This document shows, one piece after another, positions 38,308-50,081 of a DNA stretch of 64,000 bases (within the stretch, counting starts at the first letter, position 1; the number at the start of each line of letters is the position of its first letter). Below the pieces are notes generated by a model that searched no databases, was not told the origin of the DNA, and saw only the letters and a program-made list of their open reading frames with translations. This stretch comes from Sedimentisphaerales bacterium (GTDB lineage Bacteria; Planctomycetota; Phycisphaerae; Sedimentisphaerales; SM23-30): positions 160,001 to 224,000 of the forward strand of contig CAXXMR010000008.1 in the NCBI GenBank assembly GCA_963663805.2, in the 5' to 3' direction. A program made the position numbers and the translations under genes.

Positions 38308-39084
38308 ATGGGATTAATAGACACGCACACTCACCTGGCTTCCTCGGCCTTTGACGGAATACTGAATGATGTATTAGTCCGGGCCGACCAGGCAGGACTG
38401 GACAGATGTCTGGTCGTGGGAACTTCACTCGATAACTGCCAAAAAGTAATCGACATTTGCCGGAAGCATAACAACCTCTATGCCGTATTGGGTATCCACC
38501 CCCACGAAGCCGACACTGTAGACAGTGATTCCTATACCCAACTTCACCAACTTGCCCAATTTAATAAAACTGTTGCCCTGGGCGAGATGGGCCTCGACTT
38601 TCATTATGACTTTTCTCCCCGCGACCAGCAGATAGCATCATTTGAATTAGCCCTTGATTTAGCCCAAAAGCTCAATTTGCCCGCCGTAATTCATTGCCGT
38701 GAAGCCTTCGAAGACTGCATGGCAGTACTGAAAAACGGCACAAACTCCGATTCCAGAGTGGTTTTTCACTGTTTTTCCGGCGACATCGACCAGGCCCGCC
38801 CAATCATCGACCGCGGCTATTACCTTTCTTTTTCCGGCGTTGTCACCTTCAAAAAGGCTCCTGAGATACAGGAAGCCGCTGTTTGGGCACCCGCCAATCG
38901 TATCCTTATCGAGACCGACTGCCCCTTCCTCTCCCCCGACCCCATGCGGAAAATCAAGCCCAACGAGCCCGCTTTGGTAGTACATGTCGCCGAAAAGCTC
39001 GCCCAACTTCGTAATACCACCCTTCAGGAAATAGCTAAAATCACCGCCGCGAACAGTCGATATTTCTTTAGCCTGCCCGAATGA
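38308..39084 (+). CDS. tatD: TatD family nuclease
   Basis: DTHTH, GIHPH, GEMGLD, IHCREA, HCFSG, ETDCP. Confidence 0.93.
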   Translation: MGLIDTHTHLASSAFDGILNDVLVRADQAGLDRCLVVGTSLDNCQKVIDICRKHNNLYAVLGIHPHEADTVDSDSYTQLHQLAQFNKTVALGEMGLDFHYDFSPRDQQIASFELALDLAQKLNLPAVIHCREAFEDCMAVLKNGTNSDSRVVFHCFSGDIDQARPIIDRGYYLSFSGVVTFKKAPEIQEAAVWAPANRILIETDCPFLSPDPMRKIKPNEPALVVHVAEKLAQLRNTTLQEIAKITAANSRYFFSLPE

Positions 39085-39174
39085 CAATCGGCGGCCAGAA
39101 GACTATTATAGTGAGTCAGATGCAATCAAGGCGGTTCATATTATGAGACCGCCAGTTTTTGCGAGGTAAGCCCA

Positions 39175-40159
39175 ATGGCAAAAAAAGCAACTACCAAGTC
39201 CACCATCCAAGCTCGCAAAACCACTCGGAAAGCCGCGGAGTCTGCTGCCCCCCCCGCAACTTACCAAAAGTATGGTTATGCTCCATGCCGCTTTGGAAGT
39301 TTTGCGTAAGGGTGCTCATTCCGCCTTGCTGCTCTACGTCGATGGTCTGGAAGATTTTTCCGAGCTTAAATTTCTTAAAGGTAAAAAAGGTTTCGAGCTG
39401 GTTCTGGTTGCCCGTTCCGAATCTGCGCGCGAAGCCTCGGAAAAGATAATCAAAAACGTTGTCCAGGTTCCACCTGTCAACCTGACTCGTACCGGCCAAA
39501 TCAAGATGGCCATAATGCTCGCCCTGTCCAATCGCTTTTTACAGCCCGGCCAGGAATTCGTCTTTCTGACCGGTGTCGCCGGCGGTTCACTCGATACCAT
39601 GATGGTCATGGAAGTAGGCCGGGAATATGAAATGTTCCAGTCGGTTGACCAGCCGCCCATTACCGAACATATCCGTCGGGCCGTCTTTGAAAGGGTACTC
39701 AATTTTGCCCTCGAGCTGGCCTCCGAAGGACGCGAAGGCAAACCCGTTGGCGCAATTTTCGTACTGGGAAATTCCACCGCCGTAATAGCCAACGCCCAGC
39801 AGAATATCATGAACCCCTTCAAGGGTTACGAAGAATCCGAACGAAACATTCTCGATAAACACATGACCGAAACCGTCAAGGAATTCGCCACTATCGACGG
39901 CGCTTTCGTAATAAAAGGGACAGGAACAATAGTCTCCGCCGGAACCTATCTATTGCCCAGACTTGTTGCCGAAGAACTCCCCCAGGGACTCGGTGCCCGC
40001 CACGCCGCCGCCGCCGCTATAACCGCTGCCACCAAGAGTGTTGCCATTACCATCAGCGAATCTACCGGAACCGTAAGAATCTGGCGTAAAGGAAAACTAA
40101 TCACCGAAATAGAAAAAGCCAAAAGAATCAGTACTCCGCCCATCCCCCCGGAATCCTGA
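39175..40159 (+). CDS. Diadenylate cyclase (DisA_N/DacZ-like); apparent frameshift in the C8 run at 39248-39255
   Basis: IDGAFV and GLGARHAAA DAC motifs; ATG 39175 with a GAGGT RBS joins the main frame if one C is removed. Confidence 0.82.
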
Positions 40160-40162
40160 CCA

Positions 40163-40573
40163 TTACTCCTTTATCATTTTCCCCTTATACATTTTTTTCC
40201 GAAACTCCTCCGCTCTCTTAATCAGCTCTTCCGGTTCCGCCGGCACATTAGTCGTCAAAACAAAATTCCACTCATGCTCATCCCGAAACGGTATCGGCAA
40301 GATCTCGGCGAAAAAATCCACACCCGGAATCTGATACCAGGGCGTCGCCGCTTTCTTAGGGGCATGAATCGGCTCATAACCGTTCATCCGCAGCACAACA
40401 TCATATGTCCCATACCAGGTAAAAGGCACCGTCACCGGTGTCGCTCCGACTTCCTGGTCGTTCAGCCAGACAATCGCCCCGGCTGGTCTTGAGGTAACCG
40501 TAATAACACGTTCCACACAACCAAAAGCCGTTAGGCAAAAACTGATAGCCAAAACTTTGATAATTTTATTCAT
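40163..40573 (-). CDS. PEGA-domain lipoprotein
   Basis: Lipobox AFGC; TSRPAGAIVWLNDQEVGATP. Confidence 0.8.
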   Translation of the reverse strand: MNKIIKVLAISFCLTAFGCVERVITVTSRPAGAIVWLNDQEVGATPVTVPFTWYGTYDVVLRMNGYEPIHAPKKAATPWYQIPGVDFFAEILPIPFRDEHEWNFVLTTNVPAEPEELIKRAEEFRKKMYKGKMIKE

Positions 40574-40737
40574 TAGATTTCATCCGGATATTGCTGAGCA
40601 TCTGATTTGTTATTCGCCGAGATCGCCCGGTAAATGCACCACGACAACCCGCCGATTATCAGCACCAGCATAAAGGTTAAAATAAGATAAGCCTGCCCCG
40701 ATAGTTCGCCGTCATATACCACTTCTGCCAAAGTCAT
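40573..40737 (-). CDS. 54-aa single-TM protein, MetS-like NSS transporter small subunit (not in ORF track)
   Basis: MTLAEVVYDGELSGQAYLILTFMLVLIIGGLSWCIYRAISANNKSDAQQYPDEI*; directly downstream of the NSS transporter, with TAATG coupling to the next gene. Confidence 0.65.
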   Translation of the reverse strand: MTLAEVVYDGELSGQAYLILTFMLVLIIGGLSWCIYRAISANNKSDAQQYPDEI

Positions 40738-40760
40738 TTTCTATTCTCCGGGCCACAGGC

Positions 40761-42311
40761 CTAATTATCAAATTCACGCAACCGCGAAATCTTGTCCGCA
40801 CGCCAAAGGCCCAGTATCACCGCCGTCATAAAAACCATAAACGTCAGACACAAACCAAGTATATTCCGGCCCACCAGTTCACCTTCGGGCGTAACAATAA
40901 ATCCACCCTCACTGTTTATATCGCCCACCAGCGACCAGATTACCAAAGCCGCCAGAATCGTCGGGATAACCGCCTTAATCAGCCATTCCCACCAAACTCC
41001 AATCTGCCAATCGCTGTTCTTGTTAGCGTGCGCCCGCAACTTGCCTAAATCAAAAGCCCACCCCAAAACCAGACACTCAATCAGCCCCACAAACAATATT
41101 CCCCACGTCCCTTCATTGACAAACGAGTCAAACGTGTCCAGCCACGACAACCCGCCCCCGCGTCACAAAAAACACTCCCCACACTAAACCCCCACAATCG
41201 ACATTACCGCCAGCACCGAAACCCGTTTCCACCCGGTCTTGTCAATCATGCTCGCCAGTGCTGCTTCCGTAATAGAAAACGCCGAATCAATCCCCAGCAG
41301 CAGCAAAGCGATAAAGAATATCACTGAGAAAAAGTTCGACCATCCCAAAGCACCCAACGCTTTGGGAAAAGCCACAAACGCCAGCCCAATCGACTTACTG
41401 CCTGCCAGAACTTCATCCACCGGCTGATTTGTTTTCAGTGCCAACGCTCCCATCGTCGCGAACACCGCGATGCCGGCAATAAAACTCGTCCCCAAATCCG
41501 CCAGCCCAATTATCAGAGCATTATTATTAATATCACTTTTACGATGCAGAAAACTCGCGTAGGTAATCATCACCCCAAAAGCGATGGTCATCGAGAAGAA
41601 CACCTGACCAAACGCCGCCCGCCAAATATGCGGTTCTTTCAGAACTTCCCAGTTCGGCTCCAGATAATATTCCAGTCCCTGAATCGCTCCCTCCAGCGTC
41701 AGCCCGCGTATCGTCAGTACAATCAGCATCAGCCACGGAATCGGCACCGTCCACAGCACAATCTTACTGACGATTTTCACGCCGCGGAAGATACACAAAA
41801 ACATCAAGGCCCAAATCGCCGCCAACGCCCCCAGAATAGGCCAACGCACCCCGCCCAGAGCGTAAGTGCCGTTAAATTGCAGATAATCATCAAAGAAAAA
41901 CTTCTGAGCGGCATCGGCGTTTTCGGGGTCTACCCACGGCAGTTGCGGATAAAAACTATAGATAAGATAATTCAATGCCCACGCCAGCACTATCGCATAA
42001 TAAGTCACAATAATGAAACTCAGCACGATAGGCCACCACCCCACGAACTCCCATTTTTTGCCCACCTGCCTGAACGCGTTCGGGGCCGCCTGCTGGGTCA
42101 GATGCCCCAGCGAAAATTCCATGATAAGCAGCGGAATCCCAATCACTATCATCGCGATAATATAAGGAATCAGAAACGCACTGCCGCCGTTACTGTAACA
42201 TTCATGAGGAAACCGCCAGACATTACCTAACCCAACAGCCGAGCCAATCGCCGCCAGCACAAACCCGGTGCGTGAACCCCAGTTTTCCCGTGAATCGTTC
42301 CATTGCGACAT
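40761..42311 (-). CDS. Sodium-dependent transporter (NSS/SNF family), interrupted at ~41155-41195
   Basis: RENWGSRTGFVLAAIGSAVGLGNVWRFP; the two ORF pieces are in the same frame and are joined by removing one base from each of three homopolymer runs. Confidence 0.88.
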
Positions 42312-43162
42312 CAGGAAGCTCCGCTAAGTTCGATTCCCAGCAGGCTCAGGCTGTCACGTTCGATAATGCTTCTGATTTTCTCACGCGGGATAGCCGGCAA
42401 TGCCGCTTCCAGAGCGATTTTATTAGTGTTGTATAGCGACTCCACCGCGTTTTTTACCGTCGAGTTCGGAAAACCCGCTGCCAAAAAGCAGTTTGTCCAT
42501 CACCCGGAACTCATGCGCCAACGCCAGACTGCGATAGGCATGCCAGGGACGATTGATTAAACCCACCACATCGGCATACACATTTTTGTTTTTGCCCAGC
42601 AGTGTCAGTGTTTGTTCCGTCCACGGATGCCCCAAATGCGAGATAATAATTTTCAGATCGGGAAACTTCCGCGCGATTTCATCCAGCAGCACCGGACTGG
42701 CAAACTCCAGTTGTGCCGCCGCCGGGAACGATTGGCCCTGCATGAAATAAATCGGCAGACCATGCTCCTGAGCCGCCTGATAAACCGGCAGCACTCGCGA
42801 GTCCGCCGGATGAAACCCCTGACAGGCCGGGCTAAGCGTCAACCCGCTGAACCCTTTCCGGGCCAGCCGTTCGATATCCGATTCAGTCGTCGGTCGGGTC
42901 GGGTCGATACCCGCAAAAGGCTGCCATCTTGCCCGGCTGAGCGGAGATATGGTCCATCAGAAAATCGTTGGGAACCTCCAGCCCCAGCCAATCACTGGTA
43001 AATCCCAGTACTATAGTAGCCTGAGCCGGTTCTGAGCTTTCCAGATGCTGCTGCGGCAGCGGCTGCTGGGTATCGGTGTGCTGAGCACAGAGGAAAACCC
43101 GCTGCCCCGGCACTGATTTTCAAGGAACCGGGCCAGAGTAAACTATGGCAGTCAATAATCAT
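42311..43162 (-). CDS. Amidohydrolase_2 family protein (several apparent frameshifts)
   Basis: MIIDCH start; pieces EVPNDFL, GFHPAD, IIISHLGHPW, NVYAD and KLLFGS lie in different frames. Confidence 0.7.
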
Positions 43163-43342
43163 AAATCTTTGCCTGAAAATTGGTTATCAAGACAGCCACG
43201 CCATCAGCGCCGCTGGACCCGTATGAACATCCATTTTTCACAACCAGGTCATAAACTGCCGGAAGTATAAACACATGCCCTTGCCCGGTCAAGGGTTAAG
43301 TAAATTTGGCTGCGCTGGTTGCCCCCGAAGTCCCCACGCCTT

Positions 43343-44732
43343 TTATAAATCAAAACTGCGTTTCTTCTCTGGCATCGGCGTTGTCATACTCCGCACCCGC
43401 AGAGTTACCGCGAACTGGACGATTTCTGAGCCGTGCCATGATTTGCGTTTACGCGAGTAGGTTCAGCCGCACCAGTTCATCGTCCGGCTTGTTCTCCAGA
43501 AGCAGCCCGAGCATCTCGGCATCTTCGACAGCGGTATTGCCCACCCCAATCACAATATCACCCGGCTGAATCTCCGAATTATCCGCTGGTGAACCAGCCT
43601 CTATCTCGCTGATAACAATACTTCCCTCCCGCCCCGCTAAGTCGTATTTCCTCAGCATGTCCCTGGTAACCGCCGAAATCGTCAAGCCGAAATACCGTTT
43701 ACACAGCTCACCGGCGTCCGGCAGGGGCCGCCGGCGATAATTCCATCCGCCACCTCTTTAGTCCTTTCCACCGCTGGTCACTTCAAAATTAACATCCCCG
43801 CCTCGCTGCCAGTCCAGCATCATCAAATAAAAATCTATCGCCGATGCCACCGGCTGCGACTCGACGGTACGAATAATATCGCCGACGACCAGCCTCGCCT
43901 GAGCCGCTGGACTTTCGGCCCGCACCGACCGGACGATAACCCCGCTATTAGCGCCCGGCTCATTCGCGTCGATAACCTCCAGCCCAAAATCCACCCGATA
44001 CCGTTTCTCCAATGAAAGCATCTGCGGCAGATGCTTCCGTAAATTATCAATCGGAATCGCAAACCCAATCCCCTGCGCCGCCTGACGAATCGCCGTGTTA
44101 ATCCCAATAAGCTCCCCGTTAATATTCAGCAGAGGCCCGCCGCTATTACCCGGATTAATCGGCGCCGAAATCTGAATCATCTCCTCCAGTCCAATCTGCT
44201 CGCTTATCTGCACATCCCGATGAATCGCACTTATAATCCCCTCGGTTAAAGTCTGCTGATAACCAAACGGATTACCAATCGCCAGCACCGTCTCCCCGAT
44301 AAGCAAATCATTCGAGCCCAGCGTAACTTTCGGCATCGGTTTGTCCGCTTCAACCTTGAGTACCGCCAAATCCGCCGTTGGATTCGCCGCCACCAGTTCC
44401 GCCTTATACGTACTGCCGTCCGACATGACAATATCAATATCCGCCGCCCCCTCGACCACATGACTATTGGTAATGATATACCCCCGCTCATTGATGATAA
44501 AACCCGACCCCAGCGACGGTATCCGCACCTTCCGCGGCGCGAAAAAATAGTCATCGAATCCGAACGAGAAAATATCGTTCCGCACTGTCCGAATCTGCTG
44601 ACTGGAGATACTAACCACTGCGTCCTTGTTCTTCTCATACGCCTCCACCACCGGCGTCCGCCGATCATAGGCCTTCACTACCCCCGTCAGCATCACTATC
44701 GCCCAAACAACCAGCCGCCCTGTCCGTACCAT
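43343..44732 (-). CDS. HtrA/DegP-like serine protease with two PDZ domains (apparent frameshifts near 43760 and 43455; 3' end approximate)
   Basis: SLGSGFII, ITNSHV, DLAVLK, INPGNSGGPL; the second PDZ is in ORF 43449..43685. Confidence 0.8.
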
Positions 44733-45546
44733 AACCAGCTCCTTAACACGCCTATCTTTAATGTTTGCCTCAACTTAACACATATACACCCAATCCCCGG
44801 CCCCCGCAACCCCATCCACAACAATCACAGTACTATACCGCACAGAGTCTTCCCAACGAATTTTCATGCACAAATCAATATCTATTCATCTCAAAACCCG
44901 CCCACAGTAATTAAAAGCAAATACTACTGGATTTTATCTGGATTTTATGTAAAATAGATACGTATGGCTTTGGAGTAGCGATAAGTCGAGTTTTAACATC
45001 GAGTTACAGAAAACGGATAGCTGTTTTGTATTCGTCTGTCCGAAAAAAACAATTCCGGGCAGCAAAAAAAAACACCCAAAGCCAAAAAAGTAAGAAGTAG
45101 TACCGTGAAGTTTGTCGTAATTATCGATTGTTTGCATTCTGCCCCGGCATTTTGCGTCCCCTCAAATCCACTCCAAACGTTGCGTATTTATGTCGGCCCT
45201 CTCAAGTCCTATATCCCTGTAGTTGCAACAACTATGCAGAGAATGTAAAAAAGGAGAGATGCTTCAAATAAGATTTGTAGAGCCTGAATAACCAATATCA
45301 CATAAATAGGGACATAAACATTTTTCTGCATGTCCCGTTTGGATAACAGCCTTGAAATGTTTCGTAAGAGTTTTATGCGTATTTGCACAACACAACCTGA
45401 AGCTATTTCAGGTTTTTGGATGGCCAAAAACAGGGATTTTCCACTAATGACGGCCACCTGACACTCCGATGGGCATGAAAGAGCGAGACTGCCTTTGCGA
45501 ATTATTGTCGATTGTAGGCTCAAAATATAAATCAATCAGGTATAAC

Positions 45547-46236
45547 ATGAAAAATACACCATATAGAAATACCAGTCAGAACATATCGGCTGCTAGAATA
45601 TTGCTGGTAGATGACCACGAAATTATTTGCCAGGGTATTAAAGCCGTTCTCGAAAAACATTACCCGCAATTTGAAGTCGTAGGAGAAGCCCATAACGGTA
45701 GAATCTGCATCGAAATGATAGAAGAATGTAACCCGAATATCGTCATTATGGATATTAGTATGCCCGATTTGAACGGCATAGACTCCTCTGAAATCATCAA
45801 AAAACGCTTCAAAGACACCAAAATCATCATTTTTAGTATGCACCAGAAAAAGCAATTCATCATCGAATTGCTTAAAATCGGTGTGTCCGGCTATGTATTG
45901 AAATCCGACACCATCAAGGGAATCGTTGATGCTATCATAAAGGTTGTCGAGGGAAATGTTTACCTCAGTCCCGCTATTTGCGGACTCATCGCCGACGACT
46001 ATGTACAGAAAACGTTACCAACGTACAAAGAAAGAATACTAACCCCGCGCGAGAGGGAAATTCTCCAATTAATCGCCGAGGGAGTATCAACCAAAAACAT
46101 CGCCGCTAACCTGCATATCAGCGTCAAAACCGTCGAATCAACCCGAAACAACATCATGCATAAACTTAATGTGCACCACATCGCGGGCCTGACAAAATAC
46201 GCTGTCAGAGAGGGATTGACAACCCTCGATTACTAA
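45547..46236 (+). CDS. NarL/LuxR-family response regulator
   Basis: LLVDDH, MDISMP, LTPREREILQLIAEG...ISVKTVE. Confidence 0.93.
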   Translation: MKNTPYRNTSQNISAARILLVDDHEIICQGIKAVLEKHYPQFEVVGEAHNGRICIEMIEECNPNIVIMDISMPDLNGIDSSEIIKKRFKDTKIIIFSMHQKKQFIIELLKIGVSGYVLKSDTIKGIVDAIIKVVEGNVYLSPAICGLIADDYVQKTLPTYKERILTPREREILQLIAEGVSTKNIAANLHISVKTVESTRNNIMHKLNVHHIAGLTKYAVREGLTTLDY

Positions 46237-46539
46237 CTTTCGCTAATACCGTTTTCATTTCGACATGCTTCAAACAAGCACTTTAAACCCAAAAAACAGC
46301 ACTAAAGTGGTTTTGGGTCGCCAACCCTCTCTTTTTGCCCTGCCTCTTGAAACAGCCAACCTGATTATTCGTTTACCCTGAAATGCCCCTAGGGTTTTTC
46401 GTCTTCCAAAATCCGGTTTTTCCCCTTCATACTGTTATTCACACTCTCCGATAGGCATGATAGAGATAGGGAGTTCCGAAAAAATAAAAGGTCGCAGATG
46501 TAAATGCTGATGACTATGACTAAAATTAAGGGACATGCC

Positions 46540-46992
46540 ATGAATCACGAAAACGCACGTAGTATCAATCTTAACCCGGATTTCCGCCAGAACTTATTCG
46601 ACGATGATTACGATGTACTCGTTTCGATTACCAATACCGCACCCAGCATTGATAGATATACAAATACGATGAAAGAATCTGTTAGCCGAGTCACAGGTAT
46701 CGATACTGACTACCTGACAGTACTTAGAAACGCAGAAAAAAGTATTAACAATTTCAGTGAGAATCTGCGAATCCTGAAAAAAAATGCAAGTCAACAGCCC
46801 CATCTTGTCGCAAAAATCCGGCAAACAGAAAATTTAATCAAAAATCTAAAGTCTAAAATTGAGCTGCTCAAGCAAAATGAAAATGTCCGAAACGCGCTGG
46901 ATGCCGATTCTAATATTGACAAAGTAGCCCTGCTTATGAGAAATCAGATCGGCTACGCCCTGGATTATATGTATTCGGTCGAGGAGAAATAA
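46540..46992 (+). CDS. Hypothetical coiled-coil protein
   Basis: 150-aa ORF with an RBS-like AAGGGA between the regulator and the MCP; no motif recognised. Confidence 0.55.
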   Translation: MNHENARSINLNPDFRQNLFDDDYDVLVSITNTAPSIDRYTNTMKESVSRVTGIDTDYLTVLRNAEKSINNFSENLRILKKNASQQPHLVAKIRQTENLIKNLKSKIELLKQNENVRNALDADSNIDKVALLMRNQIGYALDYMYSVEEK

Positions 46993-47106
46993 CATAATCA
47001 GATCTTACGCTACACAATTATTTAAGAGGAACCATTATATGAAATAAATTTTACTGTCTGATGTTTTGTTACAGTCTTCCTGACACCGTTAGAAAGGAAA
47101 AAAGAG

Positions 47107-49080
47107 ATGAAAAAATTTAAATTAAGCACAAAAATGTACGCGGGTTTCGGAGTGGTTCTGGTACTCTTGATTGTGGTCGGCACCGTCGGCTATCACGGTA
47201 TGCAGTCCGCCATGAGCAATATCGACCAGATCATCCACCAGTTGGAAATTGCCCAGAAAGCAAATACCATCCTCACCGACGCTCAGGATACCCAGGCAGC
47301 GTCATTACGTTATATTATGTACAAAGAAGATCAATACAATCAGCAAATACAAGATGAATATGAAAGCGTCGTAAAAAACGCTGGTGAAGCCAAAGATATG
47401 ATGGAATCCGAAGCCAACAAGCAAAAAGCCGATGAAGTAATTGCCCAGATGGATAGATACAAGCAGGCCAACGACTCTATGTACGATCTTCAGCAAAAAG
47501 CTTTTTCGTCAGGCGAAAAACGCGCCGCGGCCGCCCAAACCGTAATCGAATCTATTCGAGAACTAATGGCCGCTCGCAAAAAATTCATCGATGAACGAAC
47601 CAAAGACTCAACCGATGGAAAAATCGTCCCGTACGAAGCGATCGACAAAACACTGGTTGCCCAGGAAGCACGCAACGCATTTAACCGGGCCCAAATGAGC
47701 GCCTACCTCTATCTGATGGCCCAAAAACCCGAACAGCAGGAATCAGCCGCTCAGCAGTGGATTAAAGAACTGGACCAAACCAAAAAAGTCCTGGCTACCT
47801 GTAAAGAACAAATGAACGACCCAACCTGCCAAAAACTGGTTGACCAAAGTCTTGAGGCTCTCGATAGCTACCTGGCCGAAGTCCAAACCTTCCGTCAGAT
47901 CAATCAGGAAAAATACAGCATCCAGCTAAACAGGCAAAAACCCGCGGCTGACGCCGTAATGGCCGAATCCAGAGCGGTACGCGATGGAGTTTACTCATAC
48001 ATCGAAGATGTACGGAAAAACACCGAAAAAGCCATGAATCTCGCAAACTCCATGATTGCCGTATTCGGAATATCAGCTCTGATTATCGGCACAGCTATTT
48101 CCATACTCATCACCAGAGGAATCGTTAAGCCGGTAAGTCGCATTATCGAAAACCTCACCAGCGGGGCCGAACAGGTCGCCTCAGCGTCCAGCCAGGTTTC
48201 AGCCGCCTCACAGTCACTTGCCGAAGGTTCAACCGAACAAGCAGCGAGTCTGGAAGAAACATCCTCTTCACTCGAAGAAATGTCAACCATGACCAGGCAA
48301 AACGCAGATAACGCTAACCAGGCCAATACCCTCGCCGGTGAAGCAAAAAAACTCGGCGATACCGGTAGCGAAGCCATGGGCAGAATGTCGCGTTCAATTA
48401 CCGACATCCAAAAGTCTTCCGACGATACCGCGAAAATCGTCAAGACCATCGACGAAATAGCCTTCCAGACCAACCTCCTGGCTCTCAACGCAGCCGTCGA
48501 AGCTGCCCGGGCCGGTGAAGCAGGCAAAGGATTCGCCGTGGTTGCCGAAGAAGTTCGCAACCTCGCCATGCGTTCCGCCGAAGCCGCTAAAAATACCGCG
48601 GCTCTCATTGATGAGTCTGTGAAAAATTCACAGAACGGTGTTGACATCGCAGCCGAAGTAGCCAAAGTCTTCGAAAATATCGTCAACGGTATCGGAAAAA
48701 CAACCGAACTGGTCAGCGAAATTGCAGCCGCCTCGAACGAACAGGCCCAGGGAATCGAACAGGTCAACACTGCCATGAGGCAGATGGACACCGTAACCCA
48801 GCAAAATGCTGCCAATGCCGAAGAATCCGCTAGTGCCTCCGAAGAACTTTCCGCCCAGGCCGAACAGATGAAACTAGCCGTGCAGGAGCTCGTAACCCTC
48901 GTCGGCGGAACTTCGGACAATAATGACAATGGGTATAGCGGCAGGCACATGGGACATACCGACCATGCCTATCACCGCATCGCCGCCCAGCCCAGCCGCA
49001 GCAAACAGAATAAAATACCTGTAGCTGCCGAAAAAGCTATACCCATGAATTCGGACGATTTCGATGAATTCAATGGCTAA
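47107..49080 (+). CDS. Methyl-accepting chemotaxis protein
   Basis: Two TM segments, helical periplasmic domain, [34 protein letters not shown]. Confidence 0.95.
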   Translation: MKKFKLSTKMYAGFGVVLVLLIVVGTVGYHGMQSAMSNIDQIIHQLEIAQKANTILTDAQDTQAASLRYIMYKEDQYNQQIQDEYESVVKNAGEAKDMMESEANKQKADEVIAQMDRYKQANDSMYDLQQKAFSSGEKRAAAAQTVIESIRELMAARKKFIDERTKDSTDGKIVPYEAIDKTLVAQEARNAFNRAQMSAYLYLMAQKPEQQESAAQQWIKELDQTKKVLATCKEQMNDPTCQKLVDQSLEALDSYLAEVQTFRQINQEKYSIQLNRQKPAADAVMAESRAVRDGVYSYIEDVRKNTEKAMNLANSMIAVFGISALIIGTAISILITRGIVKPVSRIIENLTSGAEQVASASSQVSAASQSLAEGSTEQAASLEETSSSLEEMSTMTRQNADNANQANTLAGEAKKLGDTGSEAMGRMSRSITDIQKSSDDTAKIVKTIDEIAFQTNLLALNAAVEAARAGEAGKGFAVVAEEVRNLAMRSAEAAKNTAALIDESVKNSQNGVDIAAEVAKVFENIVNGIGKTTELVSEIAAASNEQAQGIEQVNTAMRQMDTVTQQNAANAEESASASEELSAQAEQMKLAVQELVTLVGGTSDNNDNGYSGRHMGHTDHAYHRIAAQPSRSKQNKIPVAAEKAIPMNSDDFDEFNG

Positions 49081-49213
49081 GCAAATAATGCCAAAGTAAC
49101 AGTACAGTTCCTTAACCGGGTCGGCCAGGCTTCTACCAGGCTTGGTCGACCACTATTCACATAAACAAAGAGCCTCGACATTCATAGACAAAAAGGTGGT
49201 TAAGAGACTCAAA

Positions 49214-49951
49214 ATGAATCAGAACTTTACAAAACTTGCACGCCGAATCAAGAGCGACATAGGTTGCGGCCAGCTTATCAACAATCTAAACCATGAAATC
49301 AGAACGCCTCTGAGTTCTATCATGGGTTTCATCGATTTACTGGCCGAAGACAACCTGACTGCTCAACAGTGCGAATACACAGAAATCATCAGGTATTCCG
49401 CCGACAATCTCATGGCTCTTATAGACGAAATTCTGACTTTTATCATGATAGAAACCCATACCATAGACCTCGAAATAAAAAATGAACCACTAGCTGAAAT
49501 TTTAGACGATATCGACTCCACCTGCCAGCCCTTGGCCCAAAAGAAAAATATAGAATTCCGCATCATCCCCTCCGACTCTCTGCCCAGTCAAATCCATACA
49601 AACGCCGAACAACTCCAACAGTGCCTGGCCAAACTAACCCTAAACGCCCTAAAATTTACCCAAAACGGCTATGTGAAAATTTACATCAATTCAGAAGAAA
49701 AACAGAACCTCAGGCAAATACGCTTCGATATCGAAGACACCGGAATCGGCATCCACCCCGACAAACAAAAAGAAATCTTCCGGCCCTTCATACAGGTCGA
49801 TAGCTCCACAACCCGAATTTTCGGCGGCATAGGCCTGAGCCTGACCATAGCCCAAAAACTCGCAAACCTGCTCGATGGAGACATCTCACTCAAAAGCAAA
49901 CCGGATATCGGTAGCACCTTCACCCTGCGTATCCCCGCACACCAACCATAA
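49214..49951 (+). CDS. Sensor-less histidine kinase (HisKA + HATPase)
   Basis: HEIRTPL, NALKFT, DTGIGI, GIGLSL. Confidence 0.85.
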   Translation: MNQNFTKLARRIKSDIGCGQLINNLNHEIRTPLSSIMGFIDLLAEDNLTAQQCEYTEIIRYSADNLMALIDEILTFIMIETHTIDLEIKNEPLAEILDDIDSTCQPLAQKKNIEFRIIPSDSLPSQIHTNAEQLQQCLAKLTLNALKFTQNGYVKIYINSEEKQNLRQIRFDIEDTGIGIHPDKQKEIFRPFIQVDSSTTRIFGGIGLSLTIAQKLANLLDGDISLKSKPDIGSTFTLRIPAHQP

Positions 49952-49978
49952 AAAAACCCGGGAACCGAAGCTCCCGGG
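49950..49978 (-). terminator. Intrinsic terminator between convergent genes
   Basis: cccggga/tcccggg stem preceded on + by an A-run (U-tract on minus). Confidence 0.6.
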
Positions 49979-50081
49979 CGGGTACTAGAACAATGTCACG
50001 GCAAACACTAAAGATAACATTGCTCCTCATAATACAGGGTAGCGAATCCTGTTACGGGCTTTGTCGCTGCCCGTCGAACGA

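Noticed and set aside
41150..41190. Stop-codon readthrough (in-frame TAG) in the NSS transporter
   Set aside because: Two in-frame stops and a non-homologous peptide; three homopolymer insertions explain it better.
47991..48950. Long antisense ORFs (e.g. 47991..48950, 52799..54004, 24783..25637, 51636..52502)
   Set aside because: Shadows of well-supported genes on the opposite strand, with no recognisable motifs.
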